A DNA stretch of 64,000 bases from Candidatus Thorarchaeota archaeon. GTDB lineage: Archaea > Asgardarchaeota > Thorarchaeia > Thorarchaeales > Thorarchaeaceae. Positions within the stretch are counted from its first letter, which is position 1; the number at the start of each line of letters is the position of its first letter. Shown in pieces: positions 36,684 to 44,155 of the stretch. The stretch covers positions 6,470 to 70,469 of the forward strand of contig JAEOUM010000064.1 of the NCBI GenBank assembly GCA_016839275.1. The letters run 5' to 3'. The position numbers and the translations under genes were made by a program. The notes beneath the pieces were generated by a model that was not told where the DNA came from, searched no databases, and was given only the letters and a program-made list of their open reading frames with translations.

Positions 36684-37181
36684 TCATGCAGCAACTTGGA
36701 CCATTTCTCTGAGTCCATTGACAATTAGTTTGTATCCGTTCAATCGCTCTCTTGGATCTACTGCAACCATGCCATAGGTCGGAACGCCTAGTAGGTCTTG
36801 AACCGATTCGGGTCTCATAGAGCCTGGTAGATCTTGCTTATTTGCCACTGCAATGACCTTTGTTCCTGCAAGCTGATCTTTGTACTTTTCAAGAAGTTGG
36901 CGCGTCTTGAGAACAGCCTTTGGGTTACTTTCAGTGACAACAACAACCATTGTACTACCTCTCATGAAATCAGGCCAAAGAAATTCAAAGTGTGCTTGAC
37001 CGCCCATTTCAATAAGTGAAACCTTTGTATTAGCGTCGATTGTGAGGGTTCCACAGTTCATACCTGGAGTTGGTTGGTAGTTACATTCAAGCTTTGGAGC
37101 TTTGTCAGTGAGCAGCTTGATTAGGGTTGACTTACCAGCGTAGCCGGATCCCATTAGGGCAACCTTAACGTATTCGGTCAT
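36684..37181 (-). CDS. Arf/Sar/SR-beta-like small GTPase
   Basis: 165 aa from ATG 37181. G1 (GSGYAGKST), switch II (EMGGQAHFEFLWPDF; compare Arf DVGGQxxxRxLWxxY), G4 (NKQDLPG). Confidence 0.7.
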   Translation of the reverse strand: MTEYVKVALMGSGYAGKSTLIKLLTDKAPKLECNYQPTPGMNCGTLTIDANTKVSLIEMGGQAHFEFLWPDFMRGSTMVVVVTESNPKAVLKTRQLLEKYKDQLAGTKVIAVANKQDLPGSMRPESVQDLLGVPTYGMVAVDPRERLNGYKLIVNGLREMVQVAA

Positions 37182-37366
37182 GAGAGTTGAACTCCGAGAT
37201 TGAAAGGTCTGGTTGACGTATAGGTTAGAGTATTTCGTACGTAACACTCACTAACTGGACTGCCGCGCTCTCTTAGTTCTACTTAAGAATAGTGCAAAAG
37301 ACGGCTGTTTGGCGCGATAGAAGCCCTTAACAAGAAAACGTGTTTCGCAAGGCTAGAGATGATTGA

Positions 37367-38359
37367 ATGTCCTGCGAAGGGCCTACTATTGTTGCAATTG
37401 CTGAAGGAGCCCTAGTGGAACTTGAAAAAATAATAAGAAACTACTCGAAACCGCTTTGCATTACAGATGAGCTAATACATTCTGAGTATTCTAAATATCT
37501 TGAGGATATTATAGGGCAGACTTGTAGATGGATAATGGCGAACTCCTATACTCGTAACTCCATCCAAGACTTTGATAGTGTTGACATTATCATTGGATTT
37601 GGAGGCGGTACAAGTCTTGATGTAGCAAAACTGATTGCAGGAAAGACTGGTCTAGATTGGATATCAGTGCCGACTGCCGCCTCTCATGATGGTATTGCGA
37701 GCGAGGTTGCATCAGTTAGTCATGATGGGTACAAATATTCACAGAAGTGTAAGGGACCTCTCGCAGTCATTGCAGACACAGCAATAATCTCAAGGGCTCC
37801 ACCACGATTGAAACTAGCAGGTCTGGGAGATATTATTTGTAAGACAGCTAGCCTATCAGAGTGGAAACTGGCACATGAAGAAAAAGGAGAACCTTTTGAT
37901 CGAAAAGTCTACTCAATTGTAGATAATGCTCTACACACTGTGCTGAAAGATGATAGAATTGAAACTCTGATTCAGGCTGAGATTGATGCAGGCAGGGCTA
38001 TGAGTATTTTTGGAAGTTCGCGACCGTGTTCTGGTACTGAACATGCGATATCACATGCAATGGATCGAACATCAAAAGAACTTCATGGTCTTCAGGTTGC
38101 ATTTGCCACCCCAATATGTCTTTTCTATCTTCAAAAGGCAGGATATACGGAACATGGATTTGAAGAAATCCTTAGCTTTATGAGATCTCGGCAAATGCCC
38201 ACCACATTTAATGAGATTGGACATTCACCAGCGACTTTCTTGGATGACGTTCATCATGCGGGTAAGATTATGAAAAAGAGAGAACGTTATTCTGTACTGG
38301 AGCACCTCAATGTAGATGATGCGAATATTTTGAGTGCTATGCGAGATTTGGGTTATTGA
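37367..38359 (+). CDS. egsA: sn-Glycerol-1-phosphate dehydrogenase
   Basis: Iron-ADH-like fold. GFGGGTSLDVAKL, PTAASHDGIAS, and a His cluster (TEHAISHAMD). Confidence 0.85.
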   Translation: MSCEGPTIVAIAEGALVELEKIIRNYSKPLCITDELIHSEYSKYLEDIIGQTCRWIMANSYTRNSIQDFDSVDIIIGFGGGTSLDVAKLIAGKTGLDWISVPTAASHDGIASEVASVSHDGYKYSQKCKGPLAVIADTAIISRAPPRLKLAGLGDIICKTASLSEWKLAHEEKGEPFDRKVYSIVDNALHTVLKDDRIETLIQAEIDAGRAMSIFGSSRPCSGTEHAISHAMDRTSKELHGLQVAFATPICLFYLQKAGYTEHGFEEILSFMRSRQMPTTFNEIGHSPATFLDDVHHAGKIMKKRERYSVLEHLNVDDANILSAMRDLGY

Positions 38360-38430
38360 CAGTTCGACAGTTTTAAAAGAAGTCAACGCAACTCGCAGCA
38401 GAGCCTGACCCGATGGAGCAGGTTCAAAAT

Positions 38431-38454
38431 ACCGATGAAGAAATAAACTGAGGT
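38431..38454 (+). promoter_or_regulatory. Candidate C/D-type K-turn in the L7Ae 5' leader, overlapping the RBS
   Basis: ACC-GATGA-agaaataaa-CTGA-GGT. The closing helix is ACC/GGT, with box-C-like GAUGA and box-D CUGA able to form tandem sheared G.A pairs. GAGGT serves as the SD 3-7 nt before ATG 38457. Confidence 0.5.
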
Positions 38455-38456
38455 AG

Positions 38457-38834
38457 ATGGTAATGCCAAAACCAAGTTTTGTAGAATGGGAGCCCACCGA
38501 AGAACTTCAAAAGAAGGCTCTTGAGGCTCTTGAAATAGCTAAGGACACTGGTAGAATTAAGAAGGGAATTAACGAAGCCACAAAGAGCATCGAGCGAGGA
38601 ATTGCCCGATTAGTAGTCATTGCTGAGGACGTTGAACCCCCTGAGATTATCATGTATCTACCTGGTCTTTGTGATGATAAGAAGGCCCCTTATATCTTTG
38701 TAAAGAACAAGGTGGACCTTGGCAAAGCAGCTGGAATCGAAAGACCAACTGCTGCAATCGCAATTGTCGTAGATGGTAAAGCAAAGGCTCTAGTAGACGA
38801 TATTGTCGAGAAGATTAACGGTCTCCGAAAGTAG
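38457..38834 (+). CDS. rpl7ae: Ribosomal protein L7Ae (eL8 family, K-turn binder)
   Basis: KKGINEATKSIERGIARLVVIAEDVEPPEIIMYLPGLCDDKKAPYIFV. Confidence 0.95.
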   Translation: MVMPKPSFVEWEPTEELQKKALEALEIAKDTGRIKKGINEATKSIERGIARLVVIAEDVEPPEIIMYLPGLCDDKKAPYIFVKNKVDLGKAAGIERPTAAIAIVVDGKAKALVDDIVEKINGLRK

Positions 38835-38853
38835 ATTCAGGTGATGACTTTCG

Positions 38854-39078
38854 ATGAGTAAAGATGAAGAAGTGACTCAGTCAATTCCTGCAGAAATTAT
38901 CCAACTCCTTGGACGAACTGGTGTAACAGGTGAGATTACTCAAGTACGTGTCAAGATCTTGGATGGCAGAGATAAAGGAAGAGTCCTAACTCGAAACGTC
39001 AAGGGACCTGTGAGAGAAGGAGACATTCTCATTCTAAGGGAAACAGAACGCGAAGCCCGGAAAATGAGGAGGCGTTGA
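38854..39078 (+). CDS. rps28e: Ribosomal protein eS28
   Basis: [57 protein letters not shown]. Confidence 0.95.
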   Translation: MSKDEEVTQSIPAEIIQLLGRTGVTGEITQVRVKILDGRDKGRVLTRNVKGPVREGDILILRETEREARKMRRR

Positions 39079-39079
39079 G

Positions 39080-39280
39080 ATGGTCGGCACACAACGATGC
39101 AGCTTCTGTGGAAAGGATATTGAACCAGGAACAGGTATTGCGTTCGTGCAGACTAAAGACGGCTCTGTTTCATGGTTCTGCTCCAACAAATGCAAGGTCA
39201 ATAGAATTGCACGTCGTATGAAACCTAGAGATACCAAGTGGACAGCTGGATACGAGAAAGGTGGTAAAGTATCTCGATAA
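39080..39280 (+). CDS. rpl24e: Ribosomal protein eL24
   Basis: CSFCGKDIEPGTGIAFVQTKDGSVSWFCSNKCKVN. Confidence 0.95.
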   Translation: MVGTQRCSFCGKDIEPGTGIAFVQTKDGSVSWFCSNKCKVNRIARRMKPRDTKWTAGYEKGGKVSR

Positions 39281-39296
39281 ATGAGATTCTAAAAAA

Positions 39297-39330
39297 GGAA
39301 CCAAAGGTGGTTTTAACCACCTGATGGTTC
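39297..39330. terminator. Long hairpin between convergent rpl24e and ndk
   Basis: GGAACCAAAGGTGGTT-TT-AACCACCTGATGGTTC. The core AGGTGGTT/AACCACCT is perfect and the outer GAACCA/TGGTTC pairs too. T-runs lie on both sides. Confidence 0.45.
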
Positions 39331-39995
39331 TACTTTGTTTTTTCTATTTCTTCTAAAATAAAATCAAACACTACCTTAGCAAGAGCGTCAGTTTTATCCT
39401 TGTGAATGTCTGCTGCATCTTTGCTAAACAAGTCCTTTAGCGATTCCAAGGGCTTATCGGATGAATCTTGAGTTTCAATCGCGTTCTTTACCACTTCACG
39501 AAGCCTCATTGTGTAGTCCACATCGCCATCAATGTATTTCTTAATATAGGCACGAGCAAAGGTTTCGGCTTCTGGTGATTCAACGAGACCTCCTTCAGTT
39601 GTCCATAATGCGATTTCAGAAGTTGCAGTTTCTGGTGCATCGGAAGCATGTGCAATATTGATTCCAGCCCAGATGCCATACTTCCCTCTCAATGAATCTG
39701 GTGAAGCCTTTTGGACAAAGGTAGCACCCAATGCATCCCGGACACCTTGGATTACATTATTTGATTCAAAAATCATGGCTAACACAGGAGCGGAGGAAAT
39801 AAAATCGACAAGCCAAGGGAAAAAGGGTTTTTCACTATGAACAGAATAATGCTTCTTGGCAAGAGATTCTGACACCATCATTTCTTTGAAAGCGATAATC
39901 TTGTACCCTTGGTCAAGAAGTGCTTGCAGCACCAAAGAACTCACTCGCCGTCTTGCTGTGCCATCAGGCTTGATAATCACAAGGGATTGTTCCAA
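39330..39995 (-). CDS. ndk: Nucleoside diphosphate kinase with a roughly 75-aa C-terminal extension
   Basis: SLVIIKPDG, FFPWLVDFISSAPVLAMIFE, LRGKYG, active-site NIAHASD. The core ends near aa 145 and the protein is 221 aa. Confidence 0.85.
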   Translation of the reverse strand: MEQSLVIIKPDGTARRRVSSLVLQALLDQGYKIIAFKEMMVSESLAKKHYSVHSEKPFFPWLVDFISSAPVLAMIFESNNVIQGVRDALGATFVQKASPDSLRGKYGIWAGINIAHASDAPETATSEIALWTTEGGLVESPEAETFARAYIKKYIDGDVDYTMRLREVVKNAIETQDSSDKPLESLKDLFSKDAADIHKDKTDALAKVVFDFILEEIEKTK

Positions 39996-40182
39996 ATTAT
40001 ATCACCTTTATTGATACACAAATGCTGTATCCACGGATTTCGCTGGCGTAATTATCGAATATAATCCATTTCATTCAGCAACAATTAGAATGATGAAGAT
40101 AACTCAAAAAATGAATGTATGAAACGACACTTTCATAACGGATATACCGTGACCACAAATAATTCTTCTGTGAGGTGCGTCG

Positions 40183-41964
40183 ATGACAGATACTGAAAAA
40201 CTGCGTTCACCAATTGTAACGGTCCTTGGACACATCGATCACGGAAAAACATCTCTCCTTGATAAGATGCGAGGAACTGGTGTCCAAGCGAGAGAAGTGG
40301 CAGGAATTACGCAACATATTGGAGCATCATTCTTTCCCACAGAAACAATTCTATCAATCTGTGGAGACCTTCTCAGTTCTGTCAAAACCCAGTTAACGAT
40401 TGATGGTCTGTTGTTCATCGACACCCCTGGACATGAAGCATATCTAAACCTGAGACGTCGAGGGGGAGCTATCGCAGACATTGCAATACTTGTTGTTGAT
40501 ATCAACGAAGGCCCTCTTACTCAATCATACGAGTCTTTGAAAATTCTAATGTCTGGAAAGACACCATTTCTCATTGCAGCAAATAAACTCGATAAAGTCC
40601 CGGGATGGAAGGATAAAGAGGGGTTGTCGCTCTTTCAATCTATCAAGGCGCAGAGTATGTCTGTACAGACAGAAGTTGATAGAAGGATTTACGAGATTGT
40701 TGGAGCTCTCTCTGCAAACGGTATTCAGTCGGAACGGTTTGATCGTGTAAAGGATTTTACGAAAAATGTAGCAATAGTACCCACAAGTGCCAAAACAGGC
40801 ACCGGAATTCCAGAGCTATTAATGGTCCTCTCAGGTCTTACTCAGCAATACATGAAAGAGAGGCTCAAAGTATCAAAAGGTCCAGCCAAAGGTGCCATTC
40901 TTGAAGTAAGAGAGGAAACCGGTCTTGGGCTCACTCTAGATACAATAATCTATGAAGGTGTCTTGAAAAAAACGGATACTGTAGTCATTGGCGGTCTCTC
41001 TGGTGTAATAGTGGCAAAAATCAGAGCGTTATTACTCCCCAAACCACTTGATGAGATTCGCGATCCAAGGGAAAAGTTTTCGCATGTTGATGTAGTCTAT
41101 GCAGCTGCAGGTGTAAAGATTGTGGCTCCGGATATTGAAGGAGCTGTAGCAGGTGCACCTGTTTATGCAGTGGCGAATCCTGAGAAACTCGAAGAAATAA
41201 AACAAAAGGTAAAGGATGAACTAAAGTCAATTCAAATCAAGACCGACAAATCAGGTGTCGTATTGAAAGCTGATACATTAGGATCTCTTGAGGCAGTGAC
41301 ACAGTTCCTACAAGAACGACATGTTCCAGTACGCGCAGCAGATGTAGGGCCTATCGTAAAACGTGATATTATTGAGGGACATGCCTCAGGTGATAGTGAC
41401 CCACTCAATGCAGTAGTACTAGGATTCAATGTAAAGATTTCACCAGAGATAGAGGATCTTGCAGCTGAAATGGGTGTAGAGATATTCATGAATGAAGTGA
41501 TTTATCGATTATATGATGAATACTATGCATGGCTCATTGTCAAGAGAGAACAAGCGAAGGCTGAGTCTCTTGGGGCGATAATCAGACCAGGCAAGATTGA
41601 ACTTATGCCAGACTATGTCTTCAGGCACAACAATCCCGCTGTTGTTGGTGTTAAAGTTCATGGAATCATCAAACCGAAAACAGGGCTCATTAATGAAATG
41701 GGAAAAAGGGTAGGTACTATTCTTCAGATACAGGATCGTAGTGTGTCAATAGATGAAGCCACAGATGGGATGGAAGTTGCAGTTTCAATCCGTGGTCCAA
41801 CCATAGGAAGACAGGTAAAAGAAGATGAAATCCTGTACATCGATATTCCAGATAAACAGATTCTAGCAATAAGGAAGAAGTTCATCGATGACCTCTCTCC
41901 AGCTGAGAAGACTGTTCTGGAGGAACTCACTACAATCAAGCGATCTGCAGGTTCATTAATATAG
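40183..41964 (+). CDS. infB: Translation initiation factor aIF5B (IF-2)
   Basis: RSPIVTVLGHIDHGKTSLLDKMRG, DTPGHEA, NKLD. The 593-aa four-domain length fits. Confidence 0.9.
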   Translation: MTDTEKLRSPIVTVLGHIDHGKTSLLDKMRGTGVQAREVAGITQHIGASFFPTETILSICGDLLSSVKTQLTIDGLLFIDTPGHEAYLNLRRRGGAIADIAILVVDINEGPLTQSYESLKILMSGKTPFLIAANKLDKVPGWKDKEGLSLFQSIKAQSMSVQTEVDRRIYEIVGALSANGIQSERFDRVKDFTKNVAIVPTSAKTGTGIPELLMVLSGLTQQYMKERLKVSKGPAKGAILEVREETGLGLTLDTIIYEGVLKKTDTVVIGGLSGVIVAKIRALLLPKPLDEIRDPREKFSHVDVVYAAAGVKIVAPDIEGAVAGAPVYAVANPEKLEEIKQKVKDELKSIQIKTDKSGVVLKADTLGSLEAVTQFLQERHVPVRAADVGPIVKRDIIEGHASGDSDPLNAVVLGFNVKISPEIEDLAAEMGVEIFMNEVIYRLYDEYYAWLIVKREQAKAESLGAIIRPGKIELMPDYVFRHNNPAVVGVKVHGIIKPKTGLINEMGKRVGTILQIQDRSVSIDEATDGMEVAVSIRGPTIGRQVKEDEILYIDIPDKQILAIRKKFIDDLSPAEKTVLEELTTIKRSAGSLI

Positions 41965-42014
41965 TTCTGTCAGCATCGGCAATGTTTTTAGGGTAACTCT
42001 CGAAGCGTCCAATT

Positions 42015-42328
42015 GCGACGGGTAGGGCTGGGTCGTTTGCCGCGACCTGTCACCGGTAATGGCAATAGCCGGAGCTAGTAACCAACATTAAGGATGAACC
42101 GGAACATCGGCGGGTCCAGTCGCAGGACGTTGACGTGCGGTCTCTTGAGTCTGTCACGGGCAAAGCAGCATTCGTAGGTCTGCTGTGATTGTCATAAACT
42201 TTCGAAATGGGTCAGGCCCTGGCGGGAACAGCCCTAAGGAAGAGTGGTGGAGCCCAAGAGGTTGCCGCATTGAGAAATGCACTGATTTGCCCTCCGACGA
42301 CCGACATTCGAAATCAAGGAGCCGTCGC
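42015..42328 (+). ncRNA. ffs: Signal recognition particle RNA (7S/SRP RNA), about 314 nt
   Basis: GC-rich island with no credible ORF. The ends pair (5' GCGACGG with 3' CCGTCGC), forming helix 1. There is an Alu-domain-like CCTGTCACCGGTAATGGCAATAGCCGG and a helix-8-like GGTCAGGCCCTGGCGGGAACAGCCCTAAGG (compare GGUCAGGUCCGGAAGGAAGCAGCC). A TTTTTAGG TATA-like box lies about 27 nt upstream. Confidence 0.7.
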
Positions 42329-42350
42329 ACCTCTTCGGAACAACCATACC

Positions 42351-42896
42351 CTACTTGAAAGACTGTTCTGCCTGCGCTACGATGTCCTGGTAGATTATAT
42401 GGATGAAGTTCTTGTCAAACTCATATTCTTCTTCCAGCATCGCGTCCTTTTCTTGCTTGGTGAGGTATTCCATAGCTGCTTTGAAGAAGACCTTGTCTTC
42501 TTTCGCGATATGTTTTGGATAGAAGTCCACGAGTTGTTGCATGATGCTGATTATGGTCACAAGGGCTGTTCGATCATCAGCTATGTATTTGTTCTTTGCT
42601 TCGACAAGTTGACCAGTGAGTGTTCTGCCCAGAATATGTTCCTGTATCAGTTCGTCCATGATTTGTTTATCGTCTGGCTTGAGTTTCTTTTTCTGCAGGT
42701 CACGAAACAGAATCCTCTCTTCCTTCCCGTGGTGGCACTGGTCAGCATAGGTTCGAATGAAGTTTACTGCAGTATCGATGAATTTGGGGTCTACGTTTCC
42801 ATTCTTCTGTATCTGCCTAATCTCTTTCCCCATAATTGATATCATACGTTCAATCAGCCGGTGTTCAATCATGAGGGGACCAATTGGTAGTACCAT
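42351..42896 (-). CDS. Hemerythrin-like (HHE cation-binding) domain protein
   Basis: His/Glu ligand pattern: MIEHRLIER, CHHGKEERILF, EHILGR, HIAKEDKVFF. Confidence 0.8.
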   Translation of the reverse strand: MVLPIGPLMIEHRLIERMISIMGKEIRQIQKNGNVDPKFIDTAVNFIRTYADQCHHGKEERILFRDLQKKKLKPDDKQIMDELIQEHILGRTLTGQLVEAKNKYIADDRTALVTIISIMQQLVDFYPKHIAKEDKVFFKAAMEYLTKQEKDAMLEEEYEFDKNFIHIIYQDIVAQAEQSFK

Positions 42897-43073
42897 GTTC
42901 TTAGCTCCTTATTATTACTCCATGTAGGATATTGCATATTGTGTGTAACTAAAAGGGTGATGATACGACAGTATCAGGGAAAATATTCTGTTCCTTATGC
43001 TTTCAGTCATCTGAAAAAATATCTTTGTCACAATGTTTATGAGAGAATCACAATCTTCGAGAAAATCAGTCAT

Positions 43074-43189
43074 GCTGAGGTATCCAAGCTTGGGCGTGTT
43101 TGTCAGAAGACATACGCGGAGCAGTATGGAGCTGGATTGCTAATCCAGTGTCGCAAGACTCACGAGTTCAAATCTCGTCCTCAGCGCCA
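43074..43189 (+). tRNA. tRNA-Ser (GCU) with a roughly 28-30 nt insertion (intron) in the D-loop; CCA encoded
   Basis: Acceptor GCTGAGG/CCTCAGC, D stem TCCA/TGGA enclosing a 40-nt loop, anticodon arm CTGGA-TTGCTAA-TCCAG, long variable arm TGTCGCAAGACTC, T arm ACGAG-TTCAAAT-CTCGT, then G-CCA. The insert contains the helix GCGTGT/ATACGC. Confidence 0.8.
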
Positions 43190-43260
43190 TTTTCTTCTCT
43201 AATCAAAATTATTGAGAACTAGAAGAAATGAAAATGATAAAAGAAAAGTAGGAAGAGGCT

Positions 43261-43279
43261 GAGAGATTGTGCATCTCTC
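43261..43279 (-). terminator. Hairpin plus T-rich tract after the small-ORF pair
   Basis: GAGAGAT-TGTGC-ATCTCTC (7-bp perfect stem) starts at the stop codon of the distal small ORF. On the minus strand it is followed by cttttcttttatcattttcatttcttc. Confidence 0.45.
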
Positions 43280-43367
43280 AACGCCTGTAAAAGAAAGCAT
43301 AAGTGATAGCATCAGTGGAGATGCGCTTACCAGAAGCCTTGATCTTAATAGTCTTAGCAAGAGCCAT
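43278..43367 (-). CDS. 29-aa basic peptide, distal member of a paralogous pair
   Basis: MALAKTIKIKASGKRISTDAITYAFFYRR. AGGAGG lies 8 nt upstream of its ATG, embedded in the stop region of the upstream ORF. Confidence 0.45.
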   Translation of the reverse strand: MALAKTIKIKASGKRISTDAITYAFFYRR

Positions 43368-43374
43368 GATACGT

Positions 43375-43476
43375 TTACCTCCTGTAGAGGTATGCGAATG
43401 CTACAGCCTCGGTAGAGAGGGGATTGCGCTTGTGCTTGTACACGAGTTCAGTTCGGTTGTTAGTTGCTAGAGCCAT
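43375..43476 (-). CDS. 33-aa basic peptide, proximal member of a paralogous pair
   Basis: MALATNNRTELVYKHKRNPLSTEAVAFAYLYRR. It shares MALA..., ST[ED]A[VI] and a C-terminal A[YF][LF]YRR with the downstream ORF. Confidence 0.45.
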   Translation of the reverse strand: MALATNNRTELVYKHKRNPLSTEAVAFAYLYRR

Positions 43477-43507
43477 AATAGTTCACAAGAAATACTGCTC
43501 AGAATTA

Positions 43508-43517
43508 GTATATATAG
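43508..43517 (-). promoter_or_regulatory. TATA box for the small-ORF operon
   Basis: The minus strand reads CTATATATAC, centred about 36 nt upstream of ATG 43476. This implies a very short leader. Confidence 0.45.
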
Positions 43518-43604
43518 CGAAGCCACTTGTGAGGGTCACAGAATGAAGTCACAAGATGTGACTATCTAAAAATTGGTCTAAGGGGCAAGAAAAGCCATCT
43601 GGAA

Positions 43605-44024
43605 CTATTCTATGTGAAGCCGTGTCTTGCAATATGGGCAGAGATAAACATCCTTTTCGACGGGTGTTGCATTACTTATATCGAAATCCATTCCACAATT
43701 GCCACATCTTATCATACCACTGAGAGAATCACTCTCAATTGGAAGTGCATGTTTCTTCATTGAGGCTAATATTCGGTCGTCCTCTGAAATATCAGTGGGG
43801 GCAATCGACCGACCCTGCGCCCACCTAAATGTAGCATAGAGTAGGAATACGACAATGGGAACATAGAGGAATGTGTAGAGAAAAATCATATCAAGAGGTG
43901 TGCTGATGATGATGCCATAGATACCTAGGACTCCTAAGAAAAGTGCGACTACAAAGACAATCCATCTTCCTGTATTCTGAGTTGTTTCTTGTGGGTAAGG
44001 ATCATAAGAATCATCATTCATCAT
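43605..44024 (-). CDS. Hypothetical membrane protein (2 TM) with a C-terminal zinc ribbon
   Basis: Two hydrophobic helices, then CGNCG...CPYCK. I recognise no family. Confidence 0.5.
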   Translation of the reverse strand: MMNDDSYDPYPQETTQNTGRWIVFVVALFLGVLGIYGIIISTPLDMIFLYTFLYVPIVVFLLYATFRWAQGRSIAPTDISEDDRILASMKKHALPIESDSLSGMIRCGNCGMDFDISNATPVEKDVYLCPYCKTRLHIE

Positions 44025-44155
44025 GAGAATACCACTTCGCCACTCTCTTATACATCAAACCTTCTAATATCTTCCATCTTGTTATGATGTACGAAATTAA
44101 AAAAGAAATAGAGAACACGGGCCTTGCAGGCCCGGTTCTATACAATACAAAGCAC

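Noticed and set aside
42207-42839. 210-aa + strand ORF
   Set aside because: Its 5' part lies over the GC-rich SRP RNA, and the rest is antisense to the well-supported hemerythrin gene. The product has odd composition and no recognisable motifs.
42939-43202. 87-aa + strand ORF
   Set aside because: Its C-terminal third is the tRNA-Ser(GCU) gene itself, and there are no coding signals.
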